From positions 1,800,989-1,864,988 of the forward strand of contig MTMF02000009.1 in the NCBI GenBank assembly GCA_002011125.2: a stretch of 64,000 bases of DNA. The letters are read 5' to 3'. Both the position numbers and the translations under genes were made by a program. Within the stretch, counting starts at the first letter, position 1. The number at the start of each line of letters is the position of its first letter. Shown in pieces: positions 1 to 10,460 of the stretch. Source of the stretch: Candidatus Hydrothermarchaeum profundi (GTDB taxonomy: Archaea > Hydrothermarchaeota > Hydrothermarchaeia > Hydrothermarchaeales > Hydrothermarchaeaceae). The notes beneath the pieces were generated by a model. It searched no databases, had not been told where the DNA came from, and was given only the letters and a program-made list of their open reading frames with translations.

Positions 1-2
1 TG

Positions 3-695
3 GAGAAAAAAGCGGGAGAGATACTCAGAGTTAAAACTAGTAATGAGGTAGACTTAAGAAGCCCGGATGAGGTAGTCTACGGTATTATCTCAGAGAAATT
101 CATATTAGGAAAAAGTATTCATGTAGTGGATAGATCTGCCTATGAGGCTAGGCGACCTCATTTAAGACCTTTTTTCCGTCCTGGATCAATGCTTCCTAGA
201 ATTGCGAGGGCTATAGTGAATCTCACAAGAGTTAAAAAAGGATATAAATTCCTTGACCCCTTTTGCGGTACAGGAGGGTTTTTGATTGAGGCGGGCCTTA
301 TTGGCGCTAAAGTGTTCGGTTTTGACGTGGACTCTATTGCTGTTGAAGGCTGTAGGCAGAATCTAGAGTACTACGGCATAGGAGATTACTACCTAGAAAC
401 ACAGGACGCTAGAAACCTAGTTGACAGATATAGCAATTATTTCGATGCCATTGCAACTGATATCCCCTACGGTATTTCCTCGAGCACAAAGAAATTGAGC
501 CTTGAGGATCTCTCTCAAAAAGCGATGGCAGTTATCTATGAAGTATTAAAAGAAGGAGGACATGCCTGTGTGGTTTCCCCAGAGAATGTCGATATTGAGA
601 TCATGGCTAAGCGGGTAGGCTTTAAGTTGAGAGAGGTACATTTTCAGAGAGTGCATCGTAGTTTAACGCGTAGAATTACGGTGTTGAAGAAATAA
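3..695 (+). CDS. trm11: tRNA (guanine-10-N2) methyltransferase Trm11/TrmG10 (THUMP + SAM MTase), 5' truncated by window edge
   Basis: Frame is open from base 3 (EKKAGEILR...VDLRSPDEVV); motifs RPFFRPGSMLPRIARAIVNL, LDPFCGTGG, TDIPYG. Confidence 0.85.
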   Translation, partial: EKKAGEILRVKTSNEVDLRSPDEVVYGIISEKFILGKSIHVVDRSAYEARRPHLRPFFRPGSMLPRIARAIVNLTRVKKGYKFLDPFCGTGGFLIEAGLIGAKVFGFDVDSIAVEGCRQNLEYYGIGDYYLETQDARNLVDRYSNYFDAIATDIPYGISSSTKKLSLEDLSQKAMAVIYEVLKEGGHACVVSPENVDIEIMAKRVGFKLREVHFQRVHRSLTRRITVLKK

Positions 696-1208
696 CGCTC
701 GGAGAGTTTGGTATATCTTTTTACTTTTACCTTGAAATTCATATTTCTCTTTCCAGAAATCCTCAACATTATATCCCTGTCTCTGGTATTCCTCTGCCTG
801 AGCGAGCATATCCAACTTATCAGCATATTTTACTACTCTCGCCTCGGGAGTATTGCCCTCGCAGTATTCTCTCCAGATATTAATATAGCAATCTCTTATT
901 GTATTAGGTAGAGGTTTTAATATCTCCCGGACCGCTTCTTCTTCAAGTCTCTTCTTATTAGAGTATTCTAATGAATCCTTCGTTAAATCGCCTACTATCG
1001 ACTCCTGTAAGTCATGCAACAAAGCCATTCGTAGTACTTTCTCGGTATCTTGGTTTCCAAGATCTGAGATTAGCATAGCGATTGTAGCTGTGCCACAGCT
1101 ATGATCAGCCACGCTCTCAGGAGCTCTAACTCCTCTCTTTTTCCATCCCGACCTCTCAACTGCTTTAAGCTTGACTATAGCCTTAATAAAGTCTATGGCC
1201 CTTTCCAT
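663..1208 (-). CDS. HD-domain phosphohydrolase (YfbR/HDDC2-like 5'-deoxynucleotidase)
   Basis: LKAVERSGW, ESVADHS, ALLHDLQESIVGD, ADKLDM. Confidence 0.85.
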   Translation of the reverse strand: MERAIDFIKAIVKLKAVERSGWKKRGVRAPESVADHSCGTATIAMLISDLGNQDTEKVLRMALLHDLQESIVGDLTKDSLEYSNKKRLEEEAVREILKPLPNTIRDCYINIWREYCEGNTPEARVVKYADKLDMLAQAEEYQRQGYNVEDFWKEKYEFQGKSKKIYQTLRALFLQHRNSTR

Positions 1209-1266
1209 AAATTTATCTCTTTCATCGGCGAATAAAAATATAAAGGAAAAAGCTTTCCTTTACACC

Positions 1267-2175
1267 ATGGAGCTAATATTTCTAGGAACGACGGCTGCGG
1301 TTCCAAGTGCCAAGCGAGGCCACTCCTCTATTGCACTAAAATATCATAATGAGATAATACTCTGGGACTGCGGCGAAGGAACCCAGCGGCAGATGATAAG
1401 GTCTAAGACAAGCTATATGAGAGTAACAAAGATATTCATAACCCATTTTCACGGAGACCATTTTTTAGGTCTGCCTGGTTTAATTCAGACGTTGTCCTTC
1501 TCCGATAGGGAGAAGCCCCTCTACATATACGGTCCAAGAGGAATTGATAAGCTCATGGAGAATATTCTCTCACTGGGCGAGTTTGACCTTGGATACAAAA
1601 TTTACACCCATGAAATAACAGATGGCTTCACGGTAGATGAGGGAAAATACTACATAAAATGTTTTAAGGTAGAACACTCTGTGCCCACCTATGGACTTAT
1701 CTTTGAAGAGAAGAAGGGTAGAGAATTCTTAGTTGATAAAGCAAAGGCATTAGGCTTGAGACCGGGCCCCATGTATTCTAAACTCCAGAGAGGAGAAGAA
1801 GTAGTATTCCAAGGCAGAATTATTAAGCCTGATGATGTGTTAGGGGAGAAAAAGAAGGGCATAAAAATAGTTTACTCTTCTGATACTCGTCCTTGCTCAA
1901 ACGTTCTTAATAGTGCTGCAAATGCGGTGTTAATACATGACGGCACCTTTGATGATGACAAAAAGGAAAACGCTATTGAGACTGCGCACTCCACATGTGT
2001 CGAGGCAGCTGAGATTGCGAGGGATGGAGGAGCTGTTGCTTTGTATCTGACGCATGTAAGTCCGAGATATAAGAATGATGAGTTGCTTGAAAAACAGGCA
2101 AAAGAAATTTTTAGACCGACAAGAGTGGCAAGAGATCTGATGCGAGTTGATATAACTAGCGGCCTCTTTTATTAG
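1267..2175 (+). CDS. rnz: Ribonuclease Z
   Basis: MELIFLGT..AVPS, DCGEGTQRQ, THFHGDHFLGLPG, exosite PGP, DTRP, LTHVSPRY; ATG at 1267 preferred. Confidence 0.95.
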   Translation: MELIFLGTTAAVPSAKRGHSSIALKYHNEIILWDCGEGTQRQMIRSKTSYMRVTKIFITHFHGDHFLGLPGLIQTLSFSDREKPLYIYGPRGIDKLMENILSLGEFDLGYKIYTHEITDGFTVDEGKYYIKCFKVEHSVPTYGLIFEEKKGREFLVDKAKALGLRPGPMYSKLQRGEEVVFQGRIIKPDDVLGEKKKGIKIVYSSDTRPCSNVLNSAANAVLIHDGTFDDDKKENAIETAHSTCVEAAEIARDGGAVALYLTHVSPRYKNDELLEKQAKEIFRPTRVARDLMRVDITSGLFY

Positions 2176-2220
2176 TTAAATATTAGTAATCTAAGCAATG
2201 ATCGCAGCTAAACTGACTAA

Positions 2221-3234
2221 ATGATAGAAATGGTAACTAGCAAGTCTTTAGGAGTAAAAGTTCCCTTACATGAGGCTGAATCTACTAGAAAAAAGCTGAT
2301 AGAGCTTAGAATGTTAGATCAAAAAAGGAAAATAAAACGGATGGGAGGCTATGCTTTTTTACCTGTAACCAGAGTGCCTAAAGGGTTCTCCATAGTTGAA
2401 ACTGACTTCGAGGAGGTGGAGGAGAAAAAAAGCTTCAAAGAGAAGCTCAGAGAGATTCTGCCGGCTGGAAAGACTATTACTTCATACGATATAATAGGGG
2501 ATATAGCGGTAATAGAGATACCACAGGGACTAGAGGAGTATGAAAGGAGAATCGCTGAGCTACTACTTTCATCCCATAAGCACATTAGGTCTGTATATGA
2601 GAAAAAAGGGGAAGTCGAGGGATTGGAAAGAGTAAGGACATTGAAATTTCTGACAGGTGAAGACAATCCCAAAACTATCCATAAGGAACATGGCATACTT
2701 CTAAAGCTTGATATCTCAAAGGTCTATTTTTCACCAAGGTTATCATATGAAAGAGAAAGGGTGCTGAAGCAGGTTAAAGATGGAGAGGTAATAGTGGACC
2801 TCTTTGCAGGCGTAGGGCCTTTCTCCATATTATTGGCTAAGTATAGGAGAGTGAAGGTCTACGCTATAGACATTAACCCCTATGCATATGAATATCTTAA
2901 GGAAAATATAAGGATAAATAAAGTCGCAAACAAGGTGATTCCATTGCTCGGCGATTGCAGGGAGTTAGCTCCGAGAAATATCGCTGACAGAGTAATAATG
3001 AACCTTCCGAAATCCGCCCACGAGTTTCTGGACCTCTCCTTCCAAGTTGTTAAAGAGGGGATAATACATTTTTACTCTATTTCCCCTAAACAAGATTTAT
3101 ATTCACGCCAGATTGAGTTGATTAGAGAAATCGGGAGAAAAACGGAAAAAGAAGTAAATATCTTAGGGAAGAGAATCGTCAGACCGTATTCCCCCTATAA
3201 TTACCATATCGTTATTGACATAGGAGTAAAATAA
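2221..3234 (+). CDS. trm5: tRNA (guanine-37-N1) methyltransferase, Trm5 family
   Basis: YDIIGDIAV, KVYFSPRLSYER, DLFAGVGPFSI, DINP, IMNLP. Confidence 0.9.
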   Translation: MIEMVTSKSLGVKVPLHEAESTRKKLIELRMLDQKRKIKRMGGYAFLPVTRVPKGFSIVETDFEEVEEKKSFKEKLREILPAGKTITSYDIIGDIAVIEIPQGLEEYERRIAELLLSSHKHIRSVYEKKGEVEGLERVRTLKFLTGEDNPKTIHKEHGILLKLDISKVYFSPRLSYERERVLKQVKDGEVIVDLFAGVGPFSILLAKYRRVKVYAIDINPYAYEYLKENIRINKVANKVIPLLGDCRELAPRNIADRVIMNLPKSAHEFLDLSFQVVKEGIIHFYSISPKQDLYSRQIELIREIGRKTEKEVNILGKRIVRPYSPYNYHIVIDIGVK

Positions 3235-3253
3235 GGAAAAACGAGGAACTATA

Positions 3254-4204
3254 ATGAAGCTTTCAGAACTCGGAGAGCGAGAAATAATAAAAATCCTCCG
3301 CAGAAACTTCGAAGAATGCGATAGAATGCTTGTGAGCATAGGGGACGATGCCAGCGTATATGACCTCGACGGCGAAAATTGCCTAGTGGTATCAATGGAT
3401 GTGATATCTCAAAAGGAACACATTCCGGTGGAGATGACGCCTAGACAGATAGGCATGTATGTGGTTAACGTTAATCTAAGCGACTTAGCTTCTATGGGTG
3501 CGCAGCCTATCGGGATTGTTACCTCCTTAGGCTTGCCAGGAGATTTGGAGGATATCTTCATAAAAGAGCTTTCTTCTGGAATAAACGAGGCATGCAGTAA
3601 GCATGGAATCTGTGTTCTAGGAGGCGACACAAAAGAAATGAGAGAGATATCCATCGCTTGTACTGCGTTAGGCATGGCTAAAAAGGGAAAGTTCCTAACT
3701 AGGAGTGGAGCAAGAGTGGGGGACCTAATATGTGTGACTGGTAAAATAGGTTCGGCTGCTGCTGGATTCTATTGCCTTATAGAGAATCTAAAGGAGGAGA
3801 GATTCATAAAGGCGGCATTAGAACCTAAAGCAAGAATAAGAGAAGGCTTACTCCTTGCCGGATATGCTAACTCCTGTATGGATATCTCAGACGGCCTTGC
3901 TTTTTCTCTCCACGAGATATCAAGAGCAAGTAAAGTTGGGTTCAAAGTATACGAGGAGAAGATTCCTATTGACCCTAGAATCCTAGATGTGGCTGAAAAG
4001 GCTGGCGTGTCATCTCGAGAGCTTATATTCCATAAGGGCGGAGATTACGAGCTTCTTTTCACAATTCCTCCAGAGAAACTCAAGGAGATAAAGCTAAATG
4101 TGAATATAATAGGTGAGGTTATCCCTGCGGGAGCTATTATTGTTAATCCGGAAGGTATGGAGGAAACTCTAAGCGATAGAGGATACGAATCATTCAAAAG
4201 TTAA
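3254..4204 (+). CDS. thiL: Thiamine-monophosphate kinase
   Basis: LGERE, IGDDA, NLSDLASMGA, GGDT, DISDGL, GGDYEL. Confidence 0.95.
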   Translation: MKLSELGEREIIKILRRNFEECDRMLVSIGDDASVYDLDGENCLVVSMDVISQKEHIPVEMTPRQIGMYVVNVNLSDLASMGAQPIGIVTSLGLPGDLEDIFIKELSSGINEACSKHGICVLGGDTKEMREISIACTALGMAKKGKFLTRSGARVGDLICVTGKIGSAAAGFYCLIENLKEERFIKAALEPKARIREGLLLAGYANSCMDISDGLAFSLHEISRASKVGFKVYEEKIPIDPRILDVAEKAGVSSRELIFHKGGDYELLFTIPPEKLKEIKLNVNIIGEVIPAGAIIVNPEGMEETLSDRGYESFKS

Positions 4205-5691
4205 GCCAATGTTTTTAACGCCTTTTCCAAGCGAGTCTCTAGCTTCTCAAGCTTAACACTTAGCTCCTTCTCAAGCTTATCCAGCTCTACCTTCTTCTTC
4301 TCTATCTCCTTCTTCTTTGGGGGTATCTGATCTTCTAGCCAGATCTTCTTAAGGGACTCTCTCGTTAAGTCTATATAGGACTTGCAGTCAGCTAAAATGT
4401 CATTAAGCTTCTCGTATGCCTTCATCTCTTCTTCCATCATCTTAAGCTTACCGTTAAGCCTTCCTATCTGCGCTACAGCCTTAGACCTCTCACGAGAGTA
4501 CTCTTTCTTTAATACCGAGTACGTGCCCTCATCGATCTTCCCCGTATCCTTTTCCCTTTCAAGAGTATCTATGAGGGTATCGAAATTCTCTGCCTTGCTC
4601 TTCGCTGCGGCTAGCTTATCCTTCACTTCTTCCATTTGTTTCTTCTTCTCTGAGATAAAGTTCTCATCCGGCAACTTTACACCTGATGCAAGGGATTCCT
4701 CCTCTATTTTCTCGAGGGAGTTTATCAGCTCCGTCAGATACTCTTTTACTTTAGAGATAAGGAAAAGCTTGCTTGACTCTATGAAGCCCAGCTCCATCTC
4801 TTTGGAGAAGATCTCGCCTTCAATTGCCTTAAGCTTTTTCTCATATTCCGCCTGTACAGTTAAGAGGTCCTCATATTTTGATACAACGTTTTTCCTTTTC
4901 TCTATCTCAGTCTTTATTTCCTCTATCCTAGCCGCGCACTTGGCCACTTCCTTTTCATATTTCTGCTTAAGGCTCTCATAGGTAGCATCGTCAACAAGTC
5001 CATCATCATGGTTCTTCTCAAGCACTTTTAAGCTTGACTCCGCAACCTGCTTCTTCATGAGCTGACTGTTCAACGAGGAGTTAAGCGAGGGTATCTCGCC
5101 TTTTATGGCTTCAACCTTAGATATAAGAGAGGGATCTACGAATCTCCTTATCTCAAGCTCTTCGGGAATATAAATCTCTTCCAGTACCTCCTCCTTAGGA
5201 GCTGCTTCCTCTACTTTGACCTCTTCGACTTCGGGAGCCGCCTCCTCTATAGCCGGGGCTTCAGAAACTTCCTCTGGCACTTCTACTGATGGAGCCTCAA
5301 CTTCAGGAGCTGCTTCTTCAGGTGCTTCCACAGCTACTGCGGCCTCTTCACCTGCCTGATCCTGTTGCCTCAGCGCTTCTTCTATCTTTTCCCTCGTCAT
5401 ACCTTTCTCGTTAACCGGTATGCCCCTCTCCCTAGCAAGCTCCCTTAGCTCATTCCACTCCATTGAGGAATAGTCTACCGGCTTTTCCTCCTTCTCCTCC
5501 ATCTCTTTCTTTATCTCAGCGATCTTAGAATCAATCTCGGTGAGCTTTTCTTCATAATCAGCAACTGAGCTATTATAGTCCTCTTCACTTATCTCCCCCT
5601 CCTCAAAAGCTCTTTTGAGTTCATTCAAAGTAGCGGTGATAACCTCCCTTTCTACCTCCAATTCAGTTAATTTATCAGAATCTTCAGCCAT
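4201..5691 (-). CDS. Long coiled-coil protein with HeH/Rho-N-like domain, acidic E/A/P linker and three G-x-I-x4-Y helical-hairpin modules
   Basis: YSSMEWNELRELARERGIPV...MTREKIEEAL resembles HeH/Rho-N; heptad-rich E/K sequence; ATG at 5691 preferred (TTG at 5706 possible). Confidence 0.65.
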   Translation of the reverse strand: MAEDSDKLTELEVEREVITATLNELKRAFEEGEISEEDYNSSVADYEEKLTEIDSKIAEIKKEMEEKEEKPVDYSSMEWNELRELARERGIPVNEKGMTREKIEEALRQQDQAGEEAAVAVEAPEEAAPEVEAPSVEVPEEVSEAPAIEEAAPEVEEVKVEEAAPKEEVLEEIYIPEELEIRRFVDPSLISKVEAIKGEIPSLNSSLNSQLMKKQVAESSLKVLEKNHDDGLVDDATYESLKQKYEKEVAKCAARIEEIKTEIEKRKNVVSKYEDLLTVQAEYEKKLKAIEGEIFSKEMELGFIESSKLFLISKVKEYLTELINSLEKIEEESLASGVKLPDENFISEKKKQMEEVKDKLAAAKSKAENFDTLIDTLEREKDTGKIDEGTYSVLKKEYSRERSKAVAQIGRLNGKLKMMEEEMKAYEKLNDILADCKSYIDLTRESLKKIWLEDQIPPKKKEIEKKKVELDKLEKELSVKLEKLETRLEKALKTLA

Positions 5692-5759
5692 AGTATCGCA
5701 CCCCAAGGTTTGACCTTTATAAATTAAATTATAAGAATATAAATAGGTTGTGGTTTTTA

Positions 5760-6716
5760 TTATCGCTGAGCTTGAGAGTCCAGTTGCTCAAGTTCTTCCA
5801 AATATTTCCTTTTTAAGTCCTTATATACATCCTCGAGTATTAGCCCCCGCTCGTAGTACTCAAATAACCTATTAAGAGCCGTTTCTATAACCTTCTTCTT
5901 TGCAAGAATTTCATCAGATCCAACTTCAACTCTGATCTCTACTTCTTCCTCGCTTGGAGCTTTTATTTTAAGCTTTTTTAAGGCTTTAGAAGTTTTTTCA
6001 ATTATACCTTCACGGAGTTCCTCGCCTAATAAATCCGCCGCCAGTTTTTTGTAACTTTTACTCGCTGGAGAATTAGGTGAAAGCTGTAAAACGCTTACCC
6101 CCTTGTTCACTGCTTCTATAACCCTAGGATCATAAGGGATAACAGACGCCACGGGTTGAGCCAGAGTAGCCTCTACTGCGCTCTTCTCAAGCTCCCCTTT
6201 ACTTCCGCGCACTTTATTCAAGATCACCCTTATTTTGAGTTCATTTTCTCTCGCGGCTTTAATGAGCTTGTATACTGTTGTAACTGACAGACGATCTGGC
6301 TCTGTAATTACTAAAAGCTCATCTGACGCCTTCATCACGTCCTCGTCCACACCAGTACATGAGTCTATGAGGATAAAATCATATTTCTTTAAGAGAAACT
6401 GAATTTTCTCCCCCAGCTTAGCCTTACGACTAGTCGCTTCATTCATTAGGTACCCCAATATTAGGTCCATTTTTTCATTAAGCTGGTAGATCGCTTCTTC
6501 GATGGGAATTTTATCTTCAAGAGCATCTCGAAGAGTCAGAGGAGGATGAGGCAGATTAAAGCATAACCCAAGGTTTGGAGCCTCCAAATTTCCATCAACC
6601 GCTAGAATACGCCTGCCGAAAACTGAAGACATGGCAAAAGCCAGATTAGCTACGAAGACGGTTTTACCTGCTCCTCCTTTAGAGGATACAACCCCAACTA
6701 CCTTTCCCTCAAGCAT
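5760..6716 (-). CDS. MinD/ParA-family ATPase with C-terminal helical-hairpin extension
   Basis: Deviant Walker A KGGAGKT, ILIDS, ILNKV, IPYDP..EA..G. Confidence 0.85.
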   Translation of the reverse strand: MLEGKVVGVVSSKGGAGKTVFVANLAFAMSSVFGRRILAVDGNLEAPNLGLCFNLPHPPLTLRDALEDKIPIEEAIYQLNEKMDLILGYLMNEATSRKAKLGEKIQFLLKKYDFILIDSCTGVDEDVMKASDELLVITEPDRLSVTTVYKLIKAARENELKIRVILNKVRGSKGELEKSAVEATLAQPVASVIPYDPRVIEAVNKGVSVLQLSPNSPASKSYKKLAADLLGEELREGIIEKTSKALKKLKIKAPSEEEVEIRVEVGSDEILAKKKVIETALNRLFEYYERGLILEDVYKDLKRKYLEELEQLDSQAQR

Positions 6717-6754
6717 TAAGCTTTTTATATGATACTATTAGGATATATAGGTTG

Positions 6755-7393
6755 ATGTATTGTAGAAGCTGCGGCGAGTATATTGAAGAAGGATGGAGAT
6801 ACTGCCCCAACTGCGGAGCGAAGATAGAGAAGGGAGTAGACATACTGGAGAGGTTCCCGAGCTTCTCACAGTTCGGCTCTCTCTTCAGAGACATAGAAGA
6901 AGAGTTCAGACGCATAGAGGAAATGTTCCGTAGCAGTTTTGGCGATTTTGAGAGGGAATTTGAGCCTCCAAGGGATCTATTTAAAAAGCCCTTCAAGGGA
7001 GGTGGAGTAAGTATTAGAATAACATCAGAGACGGGAAAAGAGCCAAAAATAGAGGTAAGGACCTTTGGTGACTATAAGGACCAAGAGCCCGAGATATTGA
7101 GAAGGTTCGGAATTGAGGAGCCGCGTAATAAGCGAGAGCGACCTAAGCCAAAGGTGACCGAAGAGCCTCAGACCGAAATGAAGAGGATAGAGGATAAGCT
7201 CATTGTTAAAATCAAGGTGCCGGGGGTTGAGTCCGAGGACGATGTAGAGCTGCGAAGAATGGAGGAATCTATTGAAGTTAAAGCATACGCTAAAGATAAA
7301 GCATATTTCACCCTTTTTACTGTGCCGCCAGGCTATAGGGTACTTTCAAAAAGGCTGGAGAATGGAGAGCTTATTTTAGAGTTAGGCGAGTAA
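6755..7393 (+). CDS. Small heat-shock protein (Hsp20/alpha-crystallin-like) with N-terminal zinc ribbon
   Basis: CRSCG..CPNCG; EEP...VKIKVPGV, ENGELILEL alpha-crystallin-like C-terminus; next to dnaK cluster. Confidence 0.8.
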   Translation: MYCRSCGEYIEEGWRYCPNCGAKIEKGVDILERFPSFSQFGSLFRDIEEEFRRIEEMFRSSFGDFEREFEPPRDLFKKPFKGGGVSIRITSETGKEPKIEVRTFGDYKDQEPEILRRFGIEEPRNKRERPKPKVTEEPQTEMKRIEDKLIVKIKVPGVESEDDVELRRMEESIEVKAYAKDKAYFTLFTVPPGYRVLSKRLENGELILELGE

Positions 7394-7646
7394 ATTTCGA
7401 AGAAAACCTTAAAAGAAGCTGAGAAATAAAAATAGAGTAGTGAATCCAGCTGATAAGCGTTTTGGAGGTTCATATTATTCCCAGGATAATCCTAGAGCTT
7501 GAGAGCCTCAGTAACTTTGCTTTCTATGATATTTTTTATAACATTAAACTCATTCTTACGAGATGATGGGAAGAACTACCAAAGCTGAGAAAAGAGTAAA
7601 GAAATTTCTAGAATTTTCTAGATTAATCATGGAGAACGTGAAGAAG

Positions 7647-7910
7647 TCAAGTGCATCCAGAAAGTCTAGTCGCCCCAATCGATAGGTCATAATTCTTGAA
7701 TCGGTATGTATCCTGCCTTATAACTTGTTTCAAAGTATGGTTTAACTCGAAATCTTTAATCCATTTACATAAGTATTTTAAATCTAATTCATTTAAAGTG
7801 GCTAGAGCTAAAATGTCGATCTTATCCTGATAGTTCTCCTTTATCATTATCCTAAATAATTTGCTAATAATTATATCCTCAGGTATAGCGACCTCACAAG
7901 CATTCCGAAT
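7647..7910 (-). pseudogene. Remnant of a nucleotidyltransferase (AbiEii/DUF6036-like) gene
   Basis: Frame reads ...CEVAIPEDIIISKLF...YQDKIDILAL, the PEDxIxxKL/DxxDI C-terminal motif, with no intact N-terminus; AT-rich. Confidence 0.45.
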
Positions 7911-7975
7911 ATTCTCTTATTTTTAGCGTTTTTTAAAAAGCAGCCTACATGCATTTTATGGGAAATAAGATATTT

Positions 7976-7990
7976 CTAACCTTTTGTTAT
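7976..7990 (+). promoter_or_regulatory. Candidate heat-shock repressor operator CTAAC-N5-GTTAT upstream of grpE
   Basis: One mismatch to the Archaeoglobus HSR1 palindrome CTAAC-N5-GTTAG; adjacent to an AT-rich TATA-like stretch. Confidence 0.45.
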
Positions 7991-8046
7991 TAAAATATTT
8001 TATCTCGTTAGATAGATTTGGTGATAATGACTTCTTGGTGATATTT

Positions 8047-8595
8047 ATGAGTAAACAGAAGAAGGATTCCAAAAGTAAAACTACTGCTCAGAAGGTACGA
8101 CCATCGGATAAAAAATCTCTAGAAAAGGAAATAGAGAAGATAAAGGCAAAACTCGAGGAAACCGAAAAAGCGGCAGAGGATTATCTAACTAAACTGAAAT
8201 ACCTGCAGGCAGAGTTTGAGAACTACAAAAAGATGGCTGACAGAGAAAGAGAAAAGATTATTCAATACGCTAACGAAGAACTTATAATAAAGCTCCTAGA
8301 TGTCTATGAGAACCTGGAAAGAGCCCTTGAAAGCGGGAAAAAATCCAACAACAAGGAAGCATTAATGAAAGGTGTCGAAATCACATATAACCAGCTTAAA
8401 GACATCCTCGAAAGAGAGGGCCTCAAGCCCATAAAAACGGTGGGAGAGAAGTTCGATCCATTCAAGCATGAAGCTGTAATGAAGGAGAATAAGGAGGACT
8501 GTGAGGAGGACATAATCTTAGAGGAATTTCAGAGGGGCTATATGTTGAAGGATAAAGTTATCCGATACTCAAAAGTCAAGGTTTGTAAGAGGTGA
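8047..8595 (+). CDS. grpE: Nucleotide exchange factor GrpE
   Basis: [26 protein letters not shown]; GGTGA SD before ATG 8047. Confidence 0.95.
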   Translation: MSKQKKDSKSKTTAQKVRPSDKKSLEKEIEKIKAKLEETEKAAEDYLTKLKYLQAEFENYKKMADREREKIIQYANEELIIKLLDVYENLERALESGKKSNNKEALMKGVEITYNQLKDILEREGLKPIKTVGEKFDPFKHEAVMKENKEDCEEDIILEEFQRGYMLKDKVIRYSKVKVCKR

Positions 8596-8600
8596 TGATT

Positions 8601-10460
8601 ATGGCTGAGAAAAAAGAAAAGATAATAGGCATAGATTTAGGAACAAGTAACTCTGCCGCCGCAGTAATGATAGGTGGTAAACCTACTATAATCCCCAGCG
8701 CTGAAGGCGCTACCCTTTATGGTAAAGCTTTCCCCTCGGTCGTAGCTTTCACTAAAGATGGACAGATATTAGTAGGCGAGCCAGCAAGAAGACAAGCAGC
8801 TACTAACCCTGAGGGAACAATTATGGCCGCAAAGAGAAAGATGGGGACGGACTATAAGTTCAAGGTATTTGGAAAAGAATACACTCCCCAAGAGATTTCT
8901 GCATTCATCCTTCAGAAGATAAAGAGAGATTCAGAGGAATTCCTCGGAGAACCGGTAAAGAAAGCCGTGATAACTGTGCCAGCATACTTCAATGATAACC
9001 AGCGCCAGGCCACTAAAGATGCTGGCAGAATAGCGGGTCTAGATGTGGTTAGGATAATTAACGAGCCTACTGCAGCTGCATTGGCATATGGACTAGATAA
9101 ATCTGGAGAAGAGCTAAAAATAATGGTCTTCGACTTTGGAGGCGGGACTCTTGACGTGACGATAATGGAATTTGGAGAGGGCGTATTCGAGGTAAAATCA
9201 ACAAGCGGTGATACGCAGCTCGGTGGAACAGATATGGACATCGCATTGATGAACTATATAGCTGATGAATTCAAAAAAGAAACCGGGATCGACTTAAGAA
9301 ACGATGACACCGCAATGCAACGCCTTAGAGAAGCAGCCGAGAAGGCAAAAATAGAACTCTCTACGTTAGTGGAGACCGATATAAATCTACCATTTATAGC
9401 GGCAGATGAAAAAGGCCCGAAACACCTCCAAATGAAGCTCACAAGAGCTAAGCTCGAGGAACTCGTCAGACCCGTGGTCGAAAAATGCGGCAAGTCTATT
9501 CAAAGAGCCTTAGAAGACGCTAAACTCAAGCCAGAAGACATCAACAAAGTGATACTAGTAGGCGGGCCAACTAGGATGCCTATCGTTAGAGAATACGTGA
9601 AGAACTTTGTAGGAAAAGAGCCTGAAAGAGGTATCGATCCTATGGAATGCGTAGCCATAGGCGCTGCAATACAAGGCGCTGTTTTAGCCGGAGAGATTAA
9701 AGATATCCTACTGCTCGATGTCACCCCCTTATCACTAGGAATAGAGACTCTTGGAGGAGTATTCACGAAATTAATAGAGAGGAATACCACTATACCAGTT
9801 AAAAAGAGCCAGATATTCACTACAGCTGCAGATAACCAAACATCCGTAGAGATCCATGTCCTACAGGGAGAGAGACCAATGGCGGCAGATAATGTTTCGC
9901 TAGGACGCTTTCAATTAGTAGGTATCCCTCCGGCTCCGAGAGGCGTACCGCAAATCGAGGTAACCTTCGATATCGATGCCAACGGTATTCTAAACGTCTC
10001 CGCGAAGGACTTAGCTACAGGCAAGGAGCAGAAGATAACGATAACAGCCCCCCATAAGCTCTCTGAGGAGGAAATAAAGAAGAAAATAGAGGAGGCACAG
10101 AAATACGCAGAGGAAGATAAGAAGAGGAGAGAGGAGGCTGAACTACGGAATGAGGCTGACTCTCTCATATATACCTCAGAAAAAACTATCCAAGAACTTG
10201 GAGATAAGGTTCCATCTGATGTAAAGGAAAGAGTCGAAAAAGCAGTTAACGCTTTAAAGGAATCGCTGAAGGGCAAGGATATCGCGGATATCAAATCCAA
10301 GATTGAAGAGCTTAGGAAAGCGGTGCAAGAAATTGGCACTAGGGTCTACCAGCAAGCACAGGCACAGGCAGGCAGTGATAGCAAGAAAGACGAAGAAGGG
10401 AAAGAAAAGGAGAAGGTCGTAGATGCGGATTATGAAGTCGTCGATAAAGATAAGAAGTGA
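8601..10460 (+). CDS. dnaK: Chaperone DnaK (Hsp70)
   Basis: [34 protein letters not shown]; short (Gram-positive/archaeal-type) subdomain IB; GAGGTGA SD. Confidence 0.98.
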   Translation: MAEKKEKIIGIDLGTSNSAAAVMIGGKPTIIPSAEGATLYGKAFPSVVAFTKDGQILVGEPARRQAATNPEGTIMAAKRKMGTDYKFKVFGKEYTPQEISAFILQKIKRDSEEFLGEPVKKAVITVPAYFNDNQRQATKDAGRIAGLDVVRIINEPTAAALAYGLDKSGEELKIMVFDFGGGTLDVTIMEFGEGVFEVKSTSGDTQLGGTDMDIALMNYIADEFKKETGIDLRNDDTAMQRLREAAEKAKIELSTLVETDINLPFIAADEKGPKHLQMKLTRAKLEELVRPVVEKCGKSIQRALEDAKLKPEDINKVILVGGPTRMPIVREYVKNFVGKEPERGIDPMECVAIGAAIQGAVLAGEIKDILLLDVTPLSLGIETLGGVFTKLIERNTTIPVKKSQIFTTAADNQTSVEIHVLQGERPMAADNVSLGRFQLVGIPPAPRGVPQIEVTFDIDANGILNVSAKDLATGKEQKITITAPHKLSEEEIKKKIEEAQKYAEEDKKRREEAELRNEADSLIYTSEKTIQELGDKVPSDVKERVEKAVNALKESLKGKDIADIKSKIEELRKAVQEIGTRVYQQAQAQAGSDSKKDEEGKEKEKVVDADYEVVDKDKK

